This document shows positions 1 to 9,780 of a DNA stretch of 64,000 nt, in pieces. The translations under genes were made by a program, and so were the position numbers. The first letter of the stretch is position 1, and each line of letters opens with the position of its first letter. Under the pieces are notes generated by a model. It saw nothing but the letters and a program-made list of their open reading frames with translations, was not told the DNA's origin and searched no databases. The stretch comes from a virus. Taxonomy: Duplodnaviria > Caudoviricetes. The stretch covers positions 64,001-128,000 of IMG/VR virus record IMGVR_UViG_3300020577_009322; one strand, 5' to 3'.

Positions 1-342
1 CTTTGTAGAAGCAACACATGAAGTACTATAGCCATTAGCAGTATTTTTGTAATCAAAATCATACACACTTACTTCACATCTATTTATATTTACATACCAT
101 CCATTTTCTTCTATCCATTCGATTGCTTGGAGCTGCCAGTTGGCATCACTATGAAATTTGAGTAAACTATCACAATGATAGCGTTTACCATCAGGATATT
201 TACCCCTTTCAGGAAAAGCCAAGTGGATACCAGTGGATCTAGTGTCCTTATTGGATGGATACCATTGTTCCTCTACAGAACCAATCATCTTTGCTATCTC
301 CCTATTCATTTCTATTTCTTGAAGTGTTTCTTCATTTATCAT
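1..342 (-). CDS. Hypothetical protein (truncated by window edge), paralogue of 339..740
   Basis: Manual translation MINEETLQEIEMNREIAKMIG...LKFHSDANWQLQAIEWIE; shares NxEIAKM and FHxDxNWQxxAIExIE with its neighbour. Confidence 0.75.
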   Translation of the reverse strand, partial: MINEETLQEIEMNREIAKMIGSVEEQWYPSNKDTRSTGIHLAFPERGKYPDGKRYHCDSLLKFHSDANWQLQAIEWIEENGWYVNINRCEVSVYDFDYKNTANGYSTSCVASTK

Positions 343-740
343 GATAATGTTTTTAAGTGTTGAGAAAACTGAAAAAGAGCATCAAATATAGCCTCTTTTT
401 TAGTAGGTTGGTAGGAGTGGCAGTTGCAGAAAAACTTCCAAACATCTGGAAAAATCGATCTGTTTTTATCTATGACATGCTCTTCACTGTGAATAGAACA
501 ATGTTTTTTAGTTACCTGAACATAGTAAAATTTCTCTCCAAACTCCTGCAAATTCTCTATATATTCAATTGCCTCATGTTGCCAATTGCAATCATCATGA
601 AAACGGAGTTCCCTAAAGGCAGCAATCCTGATTCCATCAGGTTTTTCCCATTCCCAATATAAGTTATTGACTAGGACTGATCTCCACTTAAGCATTTTAG
701 CTATCTCCTCGTTCTTTCTCGATAATGTTAGTGATTTCAT
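339..740 (-). CDS. Hypothetical phage protein
   Basis: ORF in minus-strand gene run; paralogous to the adjacent gene. Confidence 0.75.
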   Translation of the reverse strand: MKSLTLSRKNEEIAKMLKWRSVLVNNLYWEWEKPDGIRIAAFRELRFHDDCNWQHEAIEYIENLQEFGEKFYYVQVTKKHCSIHSEEHVIDKNRSIFPDVWKFFCNCHSYQPTKKEAIFDALFQFSQHLKTLS

Positions 741-987
741 TGATTTGTTCTTCAGAAGGTGGTAAAATAGTTGGGTTCTTTATTAATAAAGGTAATGCAC
801 ATTGTAGACATATAGCTTCTACTTCAAGAGAAGGGTTTTTAACCATTTCTGCTGTAAATATAGCTTCTGAAGTATCACTTAGCCATACTTTTTCTCCACA
901 CTTTTGACAATTCTTTTCTGTTCCCTTTGTTTGCGGATTTCTGTCCTCTATTCTTTGACAGATTATAGTAAATTTGTTGTCTTCCAT
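697..987 (-). CDS. Small zinc-finger-like protein
   Basis: Two CxxC motifs (CQKC, CLQC). Confidence 0.65.
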   Translation of the reverse strand: MEDNKFTIICQRIEDRNPQTKGTEKNCQKCGEKVWLSDTSEAIFTAEMVKNPSLEVEAICLQCALPLLIKNPTILPPSEEQINEITNIIEKERGDS

Positions 988-999
988 AGATATTAATTT

Positions 1000-1032
1000 A
1001 AAAAGGAGTTCCTTTATAATTAAAGGAACTCC
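1000..1032 (-). terminator. Intrinsic terminator
   Basis: ggagttccttta/taaaggaactcc inverted repeat with A-run (U-tract on minus strand). Confidence 0.7.
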
Positions 1033-1158
1033 CGAATCTATCTAACTTTATTTCTCTATTATATCGGTCATTTAACTGTGACCTTTAATCATTAAATTAT
1101 TAAATTATTATAATAGAGGAGTTGGTCCTCTGTTTCTTGTTAACATAGTGATCGATTT

Positions 1159-1617
1159 TTAAGCCATTACAGCTTCTGGTTTATTAACAGGTTGCAACAC
1201 CGTTTTTACTTTTCTTTCTCTGTAAGTCTTCCAGAAAAGAGTACGGATTAGTTTATTCTCCTTTCTTCTCTCATCATTATCAAATGAGGGAGGAAATAAG
1301 GAAAAGAGAACTTTGGTGAGAGAATAACAGCGTGCCTTTTCTACATCATGTTTTTCTCCCGGCACCAGGCGTACCATTTCTCTTGCAATTTCCTCATTCT
1401 GTTCGTTACTGATTACACAGATGGTGATATCTGGTGTAGGTAGGCACTTTGCCCTCACTAATCTCATAACTTTCCTCAACTCAAATGCTAGGTCAGGCTT
1501 TGTCATCTTCTTTACTGCACTCTCGTCAATTCCGGCTACGTCCAACCATTTCTCCAGGGTAGTATTTTTATACTGCCATCTGATTTTAAATTTTTGCTCG
1601 TTGTGAACTACTTGCAT
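1159..1617 (-). CDS. Hypothetical protein
   Basis: 152-aa ORF in co-oriented run. Confidence 0.7.
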   Translation of the reverse strand: MQVVHNEQKFKIRWQYKNTTLEKWLDVAGIDESAVKKMTKPDLAFELRKVMRLVRAKCLPTPDITICVISNEQNEEIAREMVRLVPGEKHDVEKARCYSLTKVLFSLFPPSFDNDERRKENKLIRTLFWKTYRERKVKTVLQPVNKPEAVMA

Positions 1618-1657
1618 AAAACTTTATTTTATTTGTTAATAATTATTGCATTTCTTG

Positions 1658-1897
1658 TTATTCTATTACTATCTGATTTTCTTTAGTAAAATTAATGTTA
1701 GAAAATTTCTCATCAACACATCTCTCACATATGTGAGCTCCCCATCTCTCCATATCTTTATTAGAACCAAATCCCCACTTTGCTAACATTGTCATATATT
1801 CAAAACCATAATCAGTCTTACAAGATTTACCACAGCAATCACAGATAATATCTTCTACTATCTCCTGTTCTTTTACTTCTTTCTTTACTTTTCTCAT
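1658..1897 (-). CDS. Small zinc-ribbon protein
   Basis: CDCC...CERC motifs. Confidence 0.7.
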   Translation of the reverse strand: MRKVKKEVKEQEIVEDIICDCCGKSCKTDYGFEYMTMLAKWGFGSNKDMERWGAHICERCVDEKFSNINFTKENQIVIE

Positions 1898-2037
1898 TGT
1901 TATTATATTGGTTGTTCATTATGCCAGTCATTATCTGTAAAGAGATAATCAGGTGATTCATACTCTACTATATCTACTTCTTGAAAGAATAGAGATAAAA
2001 TAAGTTTTACTATCTTTTTCATGTTGATAAGTTTTAA

Positions 2038-2110
2038 GGGGTCTCATACAAGATTCGAACTTGTGATCTTCTCCATCAAGGAGATGAGTTCCCACTTCTC
2101 CAATGGACCC
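2038..2110 (-). pseudogene. Degenerate tRNA (5-nt anticodon loop)
   Basis: Acceptor-like stem, D-arm, T-arm acaag-TTCGAAT-cttgt; anticodon stem tctcc/ggaga encloses only ttgat. Confidence 0.55.
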
Positions 2111-2431
2111 ATATTAAAAAGAGGGGACTATCCTACGATAATCCCCTTCTTGTGTGCTCTCTTTCTCCCTTAACGAGAAAAGTCATGGAGTACTTAGATC
2201 TAGAGATTTTTAATCATCTCAACCATCTTATTAAGAGACGGCCAGACGCAACTATATCTCACAGTTAATTGGTAAAAACCAATCATTTTTTATCATGCAG
2301 TAAGAAAAGACTGCAGCCTACTGCCAATATAACTAACCAAATACACCCTTGTGGATAATTATGATAATTTTTAGCTGTTAAGTAGCCCGACATGAATAAT
2401 AAGAAACATGAGAGGATAAAATTACCTAGTT

Positions 2432-2620
2432 TCATTCTTTTTTAGGTTCTAGAGTTTCAATAATGGTTACTTCTGCAGAAGTGTCTAGCGGTGATGGATG
2501 TAATATGATATCATTATCATCTACTCTCTCACCCCTCTCCTTTAGATACATAACGATAGCTTGCTTGATATCTTTGATATCGAGTAGCAATGTTCTTTTT
2601 CTTGTTTCTTTAATTTCCAT
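2432..2620 (-). CDS. Hypothetical protein
   Basis: ORF track; A-rich upstream region. Confidence 0.6.
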   Translation of the reverse strand: MEIKETRKRTLLLDIKDIKQAIVMYLKERGERVDDNDIILHPSPLDTSAEVTIIETLEPKKE

Positions 2621-2638
2621 AAATAACGTTTAAATTAG

Positions 2639-2797
2639 TGCGGGAGAAATGGATTCGAACCACTGACCTCCACCTTATCAGGGTGGTGCTCTATTATTCT
2701 CTTTACATTATAATCGTTCCAAGCTATCTATTGTACACTAGATAACGTACTTAGCTATAACATATTTAGATGAGAAATTCCACTGAGCTACTCCCGC
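2639..2797 (-). tRNA. trnI: tRNA-Ile(GAU) with an ~86-nt hairpin insertion in the D-loop
   Basis: GCGGGAGTAGCTCAGTGG-[insert 2694-2779]-TAGAGC-A-CCACC-CTGATAA-GGTGG-AGGTC-AGTGG-TTCGAAT-CCATT-TCTCCCGCA. Confidence 0.8.
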
Positions 2798-2801
2798 TGT
2801 T

Positions 2802-3116
2802 TTAAAATCTGTATATCTCTAATGCTTCTTGTAAGCAAGGGACTAATTCCTTGATCTTTACTATATTATATAGCTTAAATCCACAGTTTACTACATCTGT
2901 ATCAGACAGACCATAATATATAGCCCAATCATGTATCTGGCCCCTTTTGGCTACCCACTTAATCGTATTCGGCAAGGAAGGCAATGAGAATGGTATTTTT
3001 ATTACATCATCTGTACCATTTTCTATATTACCTGTAGCAAAGATAGTCCCTGGCTTCATTTCCCTTAGATCATCAAGTGATAACTGTGGTGTTATTGGAG
3101 GAAATAAATATTCCAT
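2802..3116 (-). CDS. Hypothetical phage protein
   Basis: ORF track; WVAKRG..DWAIY motif. Confidence 0.7.
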   Translation of the reverse strand: MEYLFPPITPQLSLDDLREMKPGTIFATGNIENGTDDVIKIPFSLPSLPNTIKWVAKRGQIHDWAIYYGLSDTDVVNCGFKLYNIVKIKELVPCLQEALEIYRF

Positions 3117-3436
3117 TATTTTTTCTTTAATATTTTACTTATTGAGACTATTAAATAGATACCTAAACTAACTCCTTGCTCAAAAAGCAGATACAATAGT
3201 AGGAATATAGGATTAAGGGTTATTGCCATTATTAGCGGTGCAACAATTAATAGTATCCAAACTATTATAAAGAGTAGTATATATCTCATGTTATTAGTTT
3301 TAATTAAAAAAGCAGGAACCACCTAAGTGATTCCCGCTAATTTTGTACAAGTAGCCTTATTATAAGCTTAAGACGACTTGCAGATTGCCTGCCAATTCCA
3401 GTGATCTCAGAGATGTAGTAACAATACATTCTTTCT

Positions 3437-3619
3437 TCATGCTGTGGCTAGTTTTAGGTTTTCCAGTTTTTTCTTATAATAAGAGAGATATTCTTCTGAA
3501 GAAATAATCATCTCTTTTACTATTAAAGATTGGTTAGGTATTGTTTTAAGATACTTAATATAATCTTCCTCCCTGTTTACAGTACTCTGTAAAGATAGGA
3601 TAAGCCTGTTTTCTTGCAT
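3437..3619 (-). CDS. Hypothetical protein
   Basis: ORF track. Confidence 0.55.
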   Translation of the reverse strand: MQENRLILSLQSTVNREEDYIKYLKTIPNQSLIVKEMIISSEEYLSYYKKKLENLKLATA

Positions 3620-4231
3620 ACAGCTATTTGATTAATGGATAATTATAGTTACTTTAGTCAACTTATATTCCTTCAATTGTTTTAATACAATTGGATGAGA
3701 TTTTGTACATTTTATTAAGAGCTCTTTTGGTTGTTTTATTTCCAAAGAGATGAGGTGAGGAACATTCTGCTATTTCCAGAAGATTGTTTACCTGTATTAT
3801 GTGACCAAATATACCCGGAAGTTTCTTGTGTTGCAATGTTTTAAATATCATGATTCGTTGATTTGCTGTTCAATGATACGAGATAATAGATGCTGAAATT
3901 TTGTCATAGTAATAAATTTAAGAAGTTAGGAAAATATAGAAATATTCTCCGCTCTAATCCATAAAAGTTGTGATACATTACAGTTTCATAATAACCTCCT
4001 GTTTTAAAGATTTCTAAAAAATACTCAAATAAAAAAAGCAGTGACCATAGCCACTGCCTTTAACCTAAAACTTGCCTACAACGAACCAAAAGTTATGAAG
4101 CTAACTTATACTCTCTTACTGTGAAGAAGTCCAGATTTGGATATCTGGCAAATAACTTATTACGTAGTTCCCTTCTGTTTTTTTCGTAATTACAAGATGT
4201 AATAAAGCCAATCCGATATGAGGATCCATTT

Positions 4232-4450
4232 TTACCCCAACACCGGGCAATTAGGTGAGTTACCATTCTTTACCAATTTTAGAGTTGATTGATATAAATT
4301 TGTAGAAGTAGCCCAATTGACATCTAGAGGATATCCTCCCCATATCATAGAGCATATTACTTCATAAAGTTCTTTTTCTCTCTTCTTCCATTGATAGGGT
4401 AATGTCTTTCCATTTACCTCTTCATAGAAGTAGGTTATCTTCTTAGACAT
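4232..4450 (-). CDS. Hypothetical protein
   Basis: ORF track. Confidence 0.6.
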   Translation of the reverse strand: MSKKITYFYEEVNGKTLPYQWKKREKELYEVICSMIWGGYPLDVNWATSTNLYQSTLKLVKNGNSPNCPVLG

Positions 4451-4637
4451 ATATTATCTTGGTATTTTGATTATCATATTGCAGGGTGTCCAGGTTTGAG
4501 AAGGTTAAAAGAACAAAACAGGATAATCTGGACAAAAACATGGACAAAGCCAGCATGATGCTCTGGGCACCCTGTGAAATAGCCAAGATAACTGTCTTTT
4601 TCTGCATTCAGTTAAGCCCCATTTCAAAAGACGATTG

Positions 4638-4702
4638 CTACCTGGCGATCTCGATCTTTACTTTTTTATTCTTGATCTTCTCTTTTTTGATCAGTTCCAG
4701 CC
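4638..4702 (-). pseudogene. Fragment resembling the C-terminus of a Bacteroidota DbpA-type DEAD-box helicase
   Basis: LELIKKEKIKNKKVKIEIAR* with host-like codons (atc/aag/gag); recognised from memory. Confidence 0.45.
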
Positions 4703-4975
4703 AATTAATACTGTTACTTTATCATTACCTCTTAATTGCACCTTTCCGTCTTGAACTGTTACGCCTGGCAAATTTTGCATTGTTTGTAAAACCGAACCTC
4801 CACTTTGACTGATGTTATCTTCAACTTTAAAAGTCTTTTTATCCATTTCGGTAGTAGCAAGAGTAATTATTGTTCCCTTCTCTGTCTTTGTTCCCAATTT
4901 TAGTTGACTTTTAAGGCGCTCCAATGCGTCTTTTCTACGAATGTTTACCTGTCCACTACTTTGTGATAGCTTCAT
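4691..4975 (-). CDS. Chimeric ORF: phage N-terminus fused to a TonB-dependent receptor plug fragment
   Basis: MDKKTFKVEDNISQSGGSVLQTMQNLPGVTVQDGKVQLRGNDKVTVLI resembles a Bacteroidota TonB-dependent receptor plug. Confidence 0.65.
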   Translation of the reverse strand: MKLSQSSGQVNIRRKDALERLKSQLKLGTKTEKGTIITLATTEMDKKTFKVEDNISQSGGSVLQTMQNLPGVTVQDGKVQLRGNDKVTVLIGWN

Positions 4976-4991
4976 ACAAGAATTTTAATTA

Positions 4992-5201
4992 TTAATTAAT
5001 TGTTACATCACTTTCTGTCAGAAGAGATAATAATGCTCCTACAATATCCTTTACTGTAGCAACATCTCCGTTCTCTGATCCGGGAAATATTTCCTTAACG
5101 GAAGTATCTTCCCTCTTTCCATTAAGATCTTCACGTACCTGGTTCAGCCAATTCTTGTATTCTTCTTTTCTCTTCTTTAGATCTTCAAATCTGTATACCA
5201 T
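4992..5201 (-). CDS. Hypothetical protein (start corrected to MVYRFEDL)
   Basis: The upstream part of the track ORF is an off-frame read of the lipoprotein gene. Confidence 0.6.
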   Translation of the reverse strand: MVYRFEDLKKRKEEYKNWLNQVREDLNGKREDTSVKEIFPGSENGDVATVKDIVGALLSLLTESDVTIN

Positions 5202-5208
5202 AAAAATA

Positions 5209-5697
5209 TTAATGTCTGCCTGGGCTTGAGTAGCTACGGCTGGGTGAGGAATAACTTCTTGAAGGAGAAGAGTAACTTCTGCTTGGTGAAGAATACGATC
5301 GGGGAACAGTATAATCTCTGCTAGGTGGAATATACGTACCATTCGATTTTGAGGAATAGTTATTTCTGCTTGGCGAGGAGTAGTAACTACTGGTCTTAGG
5401 AGTATACTTCTGACTATAGTTACTATACTTAGCTGGTGTATAGTTAGTAAACTCCACAGGATGGCCCTGATAATAGCGATACACATTACTATAACCACCA
5501 TTGTTGAACAATGTATGAAACAGCATATAGTTCATAAAGAAACTACTCTGATCCCCATTGTCATTAACATAAGTTACATTAACCACGCTGTCCTTGCCAT
5601 CAGGTGACCACTCTGCTGTATGACTGGATTGAACACCTGTATTACAGGAAGATAATAGCATTATACCAATTGATAAAGCTATAAAAAACTTCTTCAT
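5209..5697 (-). CDS. Lipoprotein with C-terminal SRSYSSP repeats
   Basis: Signal peptide with lipobox LLSSC; about 4 heptad repeats. Confidence 0.75.
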   Translation of the reverse strand: MKKFFIALSIGIMLLSSCNTGVQSSHTAEWSPDGKDSVVNVTYVNDNGDQSSFFMNYMLFHTLFNNGGYSNVYRYYQGHPVEFTNYTPAKYSNYSQKYTPKTSSYYSSPSRNNYSSKSNGTYIPPSRDYTVPRSYSSPSRSYSSPSRSYSSPSRSYSSPGRH

Positions 5698-5724
5698 TTT
5701 TATTTCTTTTTAGTTGTTAATAAT

Positions 5725-6205
5725 TAGCACCCTCTTGTCTTACTTACACAAGCCTTTCAACCTTGATTAAGTATTAATGACCAGTAAGAGTAGGGTCACA
5801 TAGTTGATTGATTGATCTCCTTACAGTACTCTTCAGATGCATCATGTATTACTACATTACTTAGTCTTGCACTGAGATATGGACCATCTTCCTACAAGGA
5901 TCGGCTCTTATCAAGCCTTGCATTACTACATCAACTACTGCTGAGAACTCATTCGTATTATGGTACCATAGTTTAGACAAGTGTACTTATTACCTTTTAA
6001 TCTATGCTTTCTTTCTCAAGGAAATAATACGTCTACCATTACTGATAGAATTTGTTATGTAGGGAACAGTGCGACACCTTTCGGTGGCTTCCTTCATACG
6101 TCATTACACGTTCTACAAAGTAGGACTTTGATAACCTCGTTGATTATAAGAACAGTGCCCAGTCTATCAACTACATACAGTTTATGTATTATCCTGCATG
6201 GGTAA
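5725..6205 (-). ncRNA. Large structured ncRNA candidate (~480 nt)
   Basis: No credible ORF; at least 5 GNRA-capped hairpins all in minus polarity; 12-bp long-range helix. Confidence 0.6.
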
Positions 6206-6384
6206 AAGATTTATGATAAAGCAATAATTGCTGTAATAGGGGAACCTATCAATGCACAAGCAGCTGCTGCTGTAAATCCATATACGGCCCCAACAATTGC
6301 TACTATAATAATAAATAGTATAAGTACGAATAAAGTTATTTTATCTTGTTTTGTCATTTTTCAAATTTTTATATACTAAATAAG

Positions 6385-6675
6385 TTATTTATCTACCGGA
6401 ACACACATCATATCCTCAACTTGTTCCGCAATATCTTCAGGAGGTAAAATTTCTCTTATGTGAGATAGTGGAAAACCAAGTTCATAATTATGAATATTAT
6501 ACCCAATTATACCTTCCTCAAAGAAAACAACTACTTCTTTTGTTCCTTCACACATACATTCATCCCTAATCATGTATGGTGTTTTTTCATCCATTTGAGG
6601 AAGCCATTTTACATAAGGTTCGTTTATATCACCAACAGCGATTTTTCTACAGACTACGATAGATCCTGGTTTCAT
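6385..6675 (-). CDS. Hypothetical protein
   Basis: ORF track. Confidence 0.7.
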   Translation of the reverse strand: MKPGSIVVCRKIAVGDINEPYVKWLPQMDEKTPYMIRDECMCEGTKEVVVFFEEGIIGYNIHNYELGFPLSHIREILPPEDIAEQVEDMMCVPVDK

Positions 6676-6693
6676 ATGTAATTGTTTTAAAGA

Positions 6694-6933
6694 TTAGTCA
6701 CTTGTATCAACAGAGCAGAATACTTTCTTAACATGATAAACGTACATGGTATCATACCCATCTCTATTCCATTTGATAGATTCCTCCTTTCCATTATCAG
6801 CTGTTTCTTCTCGATATTTTTGGATATCGACAGCACTCCATGAGTTCATCCATCCAAGATTTTTATATCCCAACTTCTCCAGATGATTACGATAATCCTT
6901 ACTACTATTAAACTCACCCAATTCTGTTTTCAT
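6694..6933 (-). CDS. Hypothetical protein
   Basis: ORF track. Confidence 0.7.
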   Translation of the reverse strand: MKTELGEFNSSKDYRNHLEKLGYKNLGWMNSWSAVDIQKYREETADNGKEESIKWNRDGYDTMYVYHVKKVFCSVDTSD

Positions 6934-7043
6934 ATATAACTATTGATTAATAATACCTTACTGTAGGAGTAGTATATTGAACGTTAATAAATAACAATTT
7001 CTCAACAACAGAAATGTATAAACCTTAAAGATTATTTATACAA

Positions 7044-7625
7044 TTATGGTATATATAGAATTGTTGGATTGTTTTTATGAATATCAATATTCGGATAAAC
7101 CGATTTAAATGCTTGAACATCAAATGGTCTTGTAATTAAATGAACTCCATTTTTTGTGTTAAGAATACTTATAAGTTTCGTTCCTTCTGGTCTCAGTGTT
7201 TCAATTAATTTAAGTACGTCATTCACTACCCTACCCTTTTCATCAATATCTACAATCCATTTTTTAGTTCCATTCTCATTGCTAAATGAGCCGCAACATG
7301 AATTATAAGATTTTCTTACACTAGTAAAATCCTTATTCATTATATGGTCAGTAATGCTTTTTAAATTGTGGTAACATATTCTTTCAAAACTTCTTTTGTT
7401 AAGATTGATACATACCCTTGCATTATGGAAATCTGCCAAACACTTCATTTCACCCCAATCCAATTCCAATTCCTCAATAGATTTAATGTAATAGGTTTTT
7501 ATAACATGACTATTACTACCAAGTTCCGCATTGTCTTTTTTGCGCTTTAATATTTGACAGAAGTAAAAATCATCCTTACTATCAAATAAAAGTAGTTTTT
7601 TTATATCGTCAAAATTATCTATCAT
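7044..7625 (-). CDS. Phage protein, possible archaeo-eukaryotic primase (AEP)-like fold
   Basis: WIVDID (hhhDxD) and TKNGVHL (S/TxxGxH) motifs. Confidence 0.5.
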   Translation of the reverse strand: MIDNFDDIKKLLLFDSKDDFYFCQILKRKKDNAELGSNSHVIKTYYIKSIEELELDWGEMKCLADFHNARVCINLNKRSFERICYHNLKSITDHIMNKDFTSVRKSYNSCCGSFSNENGTKKWIVDIDEKGRVVNDVLKLIETLRPEGTKLISILNTKNGVHLITRPFDVQAFKSVYPNIDIHKNNPTILYIP

Positions 7626-7928
7626 TTTATTGTTAATTTAAGAATGACATAATAAAGCCCCCTCCTATTTGCCAGATAGAAGGGAGCAATGAGCTTAGAG
7701 CATCGTGGAGAAGAATTCCATAAAGGTAATTCCCTTGGTTATCCAATAATATAACATTTACACAAGGCATAATGTTATTCCTCCAGATTTCGTCTAGTTT
7801 TTTAATATAAATAATACATCTCTATTATAGACCTTATATAGTCTATAGTCTAACCCATGAGGAACCTAAATTCCTCATGACGCTCTTGGGCTTAATAGCT
7901 TTGGAGAAACTCCCTGGCCCAGACCAGA

Positions 7929-8267
7929 TTAAAGGAAGCTGTAGTACATGTTTGGTGCAGCAGCTTTTACAGCCTTTTTGAAAGCATCATAATCTCCATC
8001 TGCATGGAACTGTTGCCTTGCTGTTTCCAGTGCCACTACCAGATCTTTGGCTTCTTTTTCTTGTTGCCTGATACGGCGTAATGAAGCAACAGAGGCTGAT
8101 ACTACAGTCTGAGCAAGAGAAAGTTGCTCAATGAGCTTCTCCTGCTGTTCTTTGTTCTGTTGTTCTTTCAAACTTTCCAGCGCTTTTTTCACTGAATCAC
8201 TGGTTGGTTTACCTGACATTGAGGCCAATAATTTTTCGGCATCAACTTTTGTTGTAGGTTTTGACAT
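7929..8267 (-). CDS. Coiled-coil hypothetical protein
   Basis: ORF track. Confidence 0.7.
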   Translation of the reverse strand: MSKPTTKVDAEKLLASMSGKPTSDSVKKALESLKEQQNKEQQEKLIEQLSLAQTVVSASVASLRRIRQQEKEAKDLVVALETARQQFHADGDYDAFKKAVKAAAPNMYYSFL

Positions 8268-8633
8268 GTTTTTAGTTTTTAAAATGAGGAATTTTGATAA
8301 TTTCTATATTAATATTCGTAGAAACTCCCTTCCCATGCGAATTGTTTCTTTTGTTTTACATGCACGAATACTAAATGAAGCCCCCGTTCGTTTATTAGTT
8401 AGTAATCTCAACACAATGTACTTGAGAGATAATCAGATGCAGGATATCCTTCTCTGTACATATCATATACAGATTGTCTGTCCTAATACTTTCTCACTTT
8501 TGATAGGTCCATCATAACCTACTAAGCATACCATGAATGTTTTCATTTTGTTCGTTTATAGGTTAACAGCTATATCTTGCTCCAAGTCCATTTTGTCAGT
8601 TGCCTGTCATAATGTCTGGTTTTCGTTTGTTTT

Positions 8634-8882
8634 TTAGTCTAATACCTCCTTCAATCCCTCCTTATCCACAACAATAACTGGCTGATACTCAACGGGAAAC
8701 TGGTTACACCGCTCATCAAAGTTCCAATCGAGGAACCGTAATACCTGCCATAACACAAACCATATTACAGGGAAGTATACCCATCTCTGCAGAGTAGTGT
8801 GAGGTTCTAAACCAAGTAATCCGGTTAATAAAGCTAATAGTATTACGATCAAACCATAAGTAACCCAATAAGTAAATCTCAT
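8634..8882 (-). CDS. Small membrane protein
   Basis: Two hydrophobic segments. Confidence 0.6.
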   Translation of the reverse strand: MRFTYWVTYGLIVILLALLTGLLGLEPHTTLQRWVYFPVIWFVLWQVLRFLDWNFDERCNQFPVEYQPVIVVDKEGLKEVLD

Positions 8883-8970
8883 ATTCTTCTTTTTTTATTT
8901 AGCTGATGAAAAATAAGGGAGTATATAGAAATACACTCCCATTAAAACCCTCAATTTATGAACAAATACC

Positions 8971-9019
8971 GTGAGAGGTTATGGATTCGAACCAATCTAG
9001 TCCCTATAACTCCTCTCAT
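8971..9019 (-). ncRNA. Mini tRNA-like element (acceptor stem plus T-arm)
   Basis: tgagagg/cctctca 7-bp stem enclosing GGTTCGAATCC. Confidence 0.4.
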
Positions 9020-9184
9020 AAAATAGTAATAATCAGAGTAAAAATGAATAAAAACTCTGCTCTTTTGTCATGACACAATGTCAGATAGAGATATTACCTA
9101 AAGCCATTTTAACATTCTTCACATCAGTAAAGGAAGCTGCCATTACGGCAGCCTCCCTAACTTATCATTAATCAAACAGCGATC

Positions 9185-9652
9185 TTAGTCCTGTACAGCC
9201 GGTTTCAGTGTGCGTTTGGTAGAACCCACTGACTGACCGTTCTTAGCGTAGATGCTGTAACGCTCTTTTTGAGCATTCTGCCTGAACTCGTTTGCAGAGG
9301 CACTGAAAGGCTTGGTTGTCAACCATACGCTCCTGTCACGTTTTGCAACGTCCAGAACCAGGTCTTCACCTTCATAGTGACCCATTTGGGTCTCATCATC
9401 CCAGGTAAAATTCTCGTTGTCTTCAAAGGCATCCTGATGCACTTTGATTTCCACCACGTTCTCTGCAGTAACCGGATACACTTCACCATCCAATTCTACC
9501 GTCTGTGAACCCCTCACTTTATCCATTGGTTCCGCCAGCTCCAGGATAGCCACTTTTGTACCATCACTTGTGGTTTGTGGTGTGATCATAGTGAAATCGA
9601 AAGATACCAGAGATAGGTCTTTGATTTTCTTAAACAATGCTACTTTTGCCAT
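9185..9652 (-). CDS. Hypothetical protein (start MAKVALF), paralogue of 9781..10263
   Basis: Shared LAEPxDKV, ENVVE(I/V)K, GxYxG..L(V/I)LD and VWLT..FS motifs. Confidence 0.8.
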   Translation of the reverse strand: MAKVALFKKIKDLSLVSFDFTMITPQTTSDGTKVAILELAEPMDKVRGSQTVELDGEVYPVTAENVVEIKVHQDAFEDNENFTWDDETQMGHYEGEDLVLDVAKRDRSVWLTTKPFSASANEFRQNAQKERYSIYAKNGQSVGSTKRTLKPAVQD

Positions 9653-9727
9653 CTTCTTAAATTTTAGATGATTTGAATAATATATTATCCATCCTCCCAA
9701 CAGTTGGTTTGTGTAAGGGGCAGAAAT

Positions 9728-9763
9728 AAAAAAGAAAGCACACCTTATTAGATGTGCCTTCTT
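9728..9763 (-). terminator. Intrinsic terminator
   Basis: aagaaggcaca...tgtgctttcttttt on minus strand. Confidence 0.65.
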
Positions 9764-9780
9764 ATTAAAGCTATCAGTGA

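Noticed and set aside
5220-5310. RNA polymerase II CTD mimic
   Set aside because: The heptad resemblance is superficial in a bacterial-type lipoprotein.
5981-6205. Plus-strand 74-aa ORF
   Set aside because: Opposes the local gene orientation and lies within the structured RNA candidate.
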